Virus record (IMG/VR): IMGVR_UViG_3300025073_000032
Span: 1 to 64,000 of that record
Reading direction: 5' to 3' (one strand)
Length of the DNA stretch: 64,000 nucleotides
DNA from: a virus
Taxonomy: Duplodnaviria; Caudoviricetes
The position numbers and the translations under genes are program-made. Positions 60,600-64,000 of this stretch are shown here, piece after piece (within the stretch, counting starts at the first letter, position 1; every line of letters begins with the position of its first letter). The notes under the pieces are model-generated. The model made no database searches. It saw only the letters and a program-made list of their open reading frames with translations, and was not told where the DNA came from.

Positions 60600-61132
60600 A
60601 ACTGTACCTGAATCAACACCTCAAACCAGGAATGTACACGAACAAGACTAGGCTCCTGTACCTGTCTATTCCAAGGACGATCCATAAGAATTCTCTTCCC
60701 TGGAAAATTAATAAGATTCTTGGGATAGTCATCTATCAGCACATCACCACGTACCATATGTTTTTGACCTGTACAGATGACTCTATCTCGTCCTACAAAC
60801 GGAACATGTTTATCTATCCATTCAAGCTTCTCAAAATAAGCAAAGCGTGAATCTGTAGGAGATTTTGTAACAAAATAAATATCATGCTTATCCAGATATA
60901 GTTGCATGAGTGCATCAACAGACTCTAAGTAAGGCTCACAATTAAGAAACAAACCTTCTACCTTGAGATAGTCGAATATCTTATTACCACACTCTGGCTT
61001 GACACACTTTGACCAATTGAAATCATTTATATCTTCTACAGTAAGACAGTCATTATAGTCTCTGTTATACATCTCAAGCCACGGCTTTTCCAACTGAGCC
61101 ACTACACCATCCATGTCACATAGAATAACCAT
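60596..61132 (-). CDS. 5'(3')-deoxyribonucleotidase (NT5C, HAD)
   Basis: CDMDGV, FVT, K..W, GDVLIDD..NL, PWN. Confidence 0.9.
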   Translation of the reverse strand: MVILCDMDGVVAQLEKPWLEMYNRDYNDCLTVEDINDFNWSKCVKPECGNKIFDYLKVEGLFLNCEPYLESVDALMQLYLDKHDIYFVTKSPTDSRFAYFEKLEWIDKHVPFVGRDRVICTGQKHMVRGDVLIDDYPKNLINFPGKRILMDRPWNRQVQEPSLVRVHSWFEVLIQVQL

Positions 61133-61569
61133 CAGTTACATCCTTTCCTACAATGATTTTTACGAAAGGTTTCTGTACAATAACAGCGAGACTTCTCTCT
61201 GAGCCTCTGCAACTCTGCTAGCACCTCCTCCCTTGTATTAAACAACTGTACATCTTTATGCCATAGCAGTATATTCTCTCTCCGTCCCAGCACCAAGATC
61301 GGTATGCCTAAGCCTAAAGCTACTCCAGCCTCAACAAACTTGCCGCCAGCATAATACTCATCATCACTTATAAGCACCATAGCATCTGCTTTCTTAACCT
61401 CTTCCGTGTCTCTTACAGCTATAGCCTCTCGCTCCTCTTCAGTGTAGTCAGCTGTACGCTTGAATACCTTGTACACCCAGGTAGAAACAATGTCAAAACC
61501 ATTGTTGTCAAGAGTACTTGCCATCATCTGAGCTTTGTCTTGCTTGCATGCTGCAACATATATCTTCAT
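61132..61569 (-). CDS. Nucleoside 2-deoxyribosyltransferase / nucleotide N-hydrolase family
   Basis: KIYVAA...D...V..AD...GGKFVEAGVA...IP. Confidence 0.8.
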   Translation of the reverse strand: MKIYVAACKQDKAQMMASTLDNNGFDIVSTWVYKVFKRTADYTEEEREAIAVRDTEEVKKADAMVLISDDEYYAGGKFVEAGVALGLGIPILVLGRRENILLWHKDVQLFNTREEVLAELQRLREKSRCYCTETFRKNHCRKGCN

Positions 61570-62750
61570 ACTGTTTCCTCTCTATTAGATAATAGTGGAC
61601 TAATTTTATGATCGATCCTGATAGATGCATCTGTATCTGCCGCAGCATACGGTATAAGCACCTTCCACGGTATATTCCGATACGAACCGCCACGCTCAGG
61701 ATCACAGTCCTTGTGCTGTGCTTTGTACCTTTCCAACCCTTCCCAGTAACTACCCATTTCTGGACAAAACTGCCACACTAAATAGTCAAGAGCATGAGTA
61801 CCTGACAATTCATTTAATAAATAAGACTTCATCATGATATCAGAAACTATGTTATTCAACCTGATTCCTTCGGCTATCTCAAACCACATCAAATCGAACT
61901 TTGCATTCTGTAGTATCTTTCTAATATCAGACTCACATATAAGCTTCATCACTGTTTTAGCGTACTCCAGCATCTTCCCTGTAAATACCATCTCTTTGTT
62001 ATAAATAGGGATGACGTATGACTCATACTCCTTGAAAGAAAACTGACAACAAACAATCTGAGCACCTTCCTTGAACGGATTAAGGCAAGAATCCTCTGTA
62101 TCGACTGCTACCTCTTCCTGATCGGAGGCATAGTCTAATAGATCATCCAACTTCTTTTTAGTGTCACAGAAGACGTAGTTGACTGGCTGTTCTTCAGTAG
62201 GCATGGTACCTGTAAACTCTTTATAGAGCGTCTCCAGGTCTTTCAGAAAGGGATTCAGATAAGTGTCATCCTTTACGACCACTTCAGGGTTCAATGTAGG
62301 AACTACTGGAATACCCTCATAATCAAAGATTCGACCTCGCTTAGAGGTTATGCCTGTCTCCCCTAATACAGCCTTGAGAGCCACACCACCTAATAAAAGA
62401 ATGATCTTTGGTTTGTATACTTCTATCTCTGCTAATAGATAAGGTTTGCAGGTTTTGACTTCTTTATCGGTAGGCTCTCGGTTGAGAGTTTTGTTCCACT
62501 TCCTTTGTGTTGGCCTACATTTCACGACATAAGTATAAGCTATTTTATTAGCACTAAATCCATTACCCACCAAAGCCAGCCGCAACAGTTCTCCAGCCTC
62601 TCCAACCAGGACACCCCCACACTTATCATCAGATTCATGTGGGCAATCCCCAATCACCAACACATCTGGATTTGGCCTACCTTCTATTCTGATTCTTGGG
62701 GTTTCGCACTGAGTATGAAGAGAACAACTTTCTTCAAATTCACATTGCAT
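61566..62750 (-). CDS. DNA polymerase N-terminal half: UDG-family-4-like domain plus 3'-5' exonuclease
   Basis: VLVIGDCP..VGEAG..VKCRP..C..YL..EI...KP; ExoI VDTED, ExoII NAKFD, ExoIII YAAAD. Confidence 0.88.
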   Translation of the reverse strand: MQCEFEESCSLHTQCETPRIRIEGRPNPDVLVIGDCPHESDDKCGGVLVGEAGELLRLALVGNGFSANKIAYTYVVKCRPTQRKWNKTLNREPTDKEVKTCKPYLLAEIEVYKPKIILLLGGVALKAVLGETGITSKRGRIFDYEGIPVVPTLNPEVVVKDDTYLNPFLKDLETLYKEFTGTMPTEEQPVNYVFCDTKKKLDDLLDYASDQEEVAVDTEDSCLNPFKEGAQIVCCQFSFKEYESYVIPIYNKEMVFTGKMLEYAKTVMKLICESDIRKILQNAKFDLMWFEIAEGIRLNNIVSDIMMKSYLLNELSGTHALDYLVWQFCPEMGSYWEGLERYKAQHKDCDPERGGSYRNIPWKVLIPYAAADTDASIRIDHKISPLLSNREETV

Positions 62751-62774
62751 ATTTCACAGTCCTTAGAGACGAGA

Positions 62775-62807
62775 CGAGGGTAAACATGCCTTAGCATGCC
62801 TACCCCC
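62775..62807 (-). other. Hairpin upstream of polymerase N-half
   Basis: gggtaaacatgc-ctta-gcatgcctaccc imperfect inverted repeat. Confidence 0.35.
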
Positions 62808-62927
62808 TTATCGTTACTTATTTGCTACTACAATTTGCTGATCTTTTTCTAAATTTGACCTCTTTGTTTCACAGCAGCGATCCATCATAGATATCTCTCT
62901 TCATCTGGACTCTCCCTTTTATTAGAA

Positions 62928-63019
62928 GTTTTTTGGGTTAATGGCCATTCCGGTTAAACCTACGGCTAGGTGTTACTGCCGATCTGTGTGGCAGATAGCT
63001 TTCCGGCACTAACCCAAAC
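62928..63019 (-). ncRNA. Candidate multi-stem structured RNA
   Basis: UUUGGGUUAGUG/CAUUAACCCAAA closing stem with two internal hairpins, no U-tract. Confidence 0.4.
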
Positions 63020-63022
63020 TAA

Positions 63023-63964
63023 TTACTTAGCTTTCGGCATCTCCAAGCTTATGATTCCAGCATTGCTGGTCACAACCTTAATCCCCCGGCTTGCAGAGTA
63101 TTTTTTAACCCCTGTTGCATCTGGTGTGCTCTGAAGATGTGACAGAAAGACCTTAAAGGTACCGTAGTTATTCAGCTCATGGCACTTGAATTCTTTGGAT
63201 GTGAGCTTGATAATCTGATCCACGGTATGCGTTCCTTCTTTCAACAGCTCAAAGTACCTTGCAGTCTTGCTACCGGCACGAAATCCAAATTCATCGGTAG
63301 TGGTTTTACGTGTCGATTTTTTCGGTGTTTCTGCTGCTGTATTCGCTTTCTGAGCCGGTTTCGCTTTCTTGCCCTTATCTTTCCCTTTACCCTTCTCCTT
63401 CGGAGCTTCCTGAACCTTTTTTGAAGCTTCTTTTTTAGGCACAGGTTTTTTCCCCTCTGCTTTTTTAGACTCCTCTTTCTTCACTATTTTACCCGCCTCT
63501 TTTTTGGCCGGTTTAGCTGGAGCTTTTTTAGCAGGTTTTGCAGGAGCTTTGGCTGATTTGCCTTTGCCTTTGGCCGGAACTTTGGCCGACACTTCTGGCT
63601 CAGGATCTTCCCGCTCGGTAACAACTTCAGGTTCTACCCCTGTCTCAGGTGCCAATTCTTCCCGCTCGGTAATAACCACAGGATCACCTTCCACTGGCTC
63701 ATTCTTCATGATCCCTTCCAGGTAAGCATCACCTACAGGCTCTTCTGGCTTAGGCTCATCTTTTTTCTTGCCATCTTTCTTCGTAGCTTTTTCTTTCTTA
63801 GGAACTACTTTCTTCTCATCCTTCGGTGTAGGTTCACCTTTTGCTTCTTTCCATTCGTTGCAAGCTACAGAATTAGGACAAATAATACATTCTTGTTCTG
63901 CCGGATCAAACATTAGGCCAAAACAATCTTCCTTGTCATCATACATCGCTTTAAAATCAGCCAT
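63023..63964 (-). CDS. Lys/Pro/Ala-rich DNA-binding protein with N-terminal Cys motif
   Basis: DCFG..FD....ECIICP....C; PAKK repeats; C-terminal globular, possibly winged-helix, domain. Confidence 0.6.
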   Translation of the reverse strand: MADFKAMYDDKEDCFGLMFDPAEQECIICPNSVACNEWKEAKGEPTPKDEKKVVPKKEKATKKDGKKKDEPKPEEPVGDAYLEGIMKNEPVEGDPVVITEREELAPETGVEPEVVTEREDPEPEVSAKVPAKGKGKSAKAPAKPAKKAPAKPAKKEAGKIVKKEESKKAEGKKPVPKKEASKKVQEAPKEKGKGKDKGKKAKPAQKANTAAETPKKSTRKTTTDEFGFRAGSKTARYFELLKEGTHTVDQIIKLTSKEFKCHELNNYGTFKVFLSHLQSTPDATGVKKYSASRGIKVVTSNAGIISLEMPKAK

Positions 63965-64000
63965 TGTACTTCTCCTTTTCTAATATTGTACTTCACCTTT

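Noticed and set aside
60596-61569. Intron or intein interrupting the polymerase
   Set aside because: The interval is fully occupied by two metabolic genes with overlapping stops/starts; no splice-junction residues or homing nuclease
63604-63680. Short direct repeat cttcccgctcggtaa (two copies)
   Set aside because: Intragenic duplication (VITERE/VVTERE) in a low-complexity linker
1-64000. CRISPR array, tRNA or rRNA genes
   Set aside because: No regularly spaced direct repeats and no cloverleaf with a T-loop seen by eye; intergenic gaps are short. tRNAscan would be needed to exclude tRNAs fully

Overview
A 64-kb segment of a large, probably lytic tailed phage with SPO1/Herelleviridae-like head and replication genes; the host cannot be determined from this window. 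Essentially every credible gene is on the minus strand. In transcription order (right to left): (1) a replication/recombination block with a Lys/Pro/Ala-rich DNA-binding protein, a family-A DNA polymerase split into two genes by two nucleotide-metabolism genes, UvsY-like, gp32-like SSB, Hc1-like, RecA, 5'-3' exonuclease, SbcCD, resolvase and DUF5664; (2) small and large terminase; (3) about 21 kb of dense small ORFs under strong sigma70-type promoters; (4) a head module (portal, prohead protease, scaffold, major capsid); (5) virion fibre/tailspike genes. The most striking signal is around the portal. Five genes, including a 1923-aa polyvalent protein, carry repeated short basic peptide tags (K[SA]xYxRxxNG+xExVHDxR, 7 copies; a second tag, 3 copies). 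Nearly every tag sits directly behind a hydrophobic-x-K-[S/A] site like those in the capsid, scaffold and protease, and in front of a different module (SAM-lyase-like, kinase-like, ADP-ribosyltransferase-like, HhH-like, ParB-like, HD or unknown). I infer a modular tag/package/cleave/inject system for head-delivered effectors. Also noted: a nested out-of-frame gene in the polyprotein, two 30-31-aa peptides with an identical 8-Cys framework, several structured intergenic RNAs and a candidate phage promoter motif. Family assignments come from motif recognition by eye; no database search was run.
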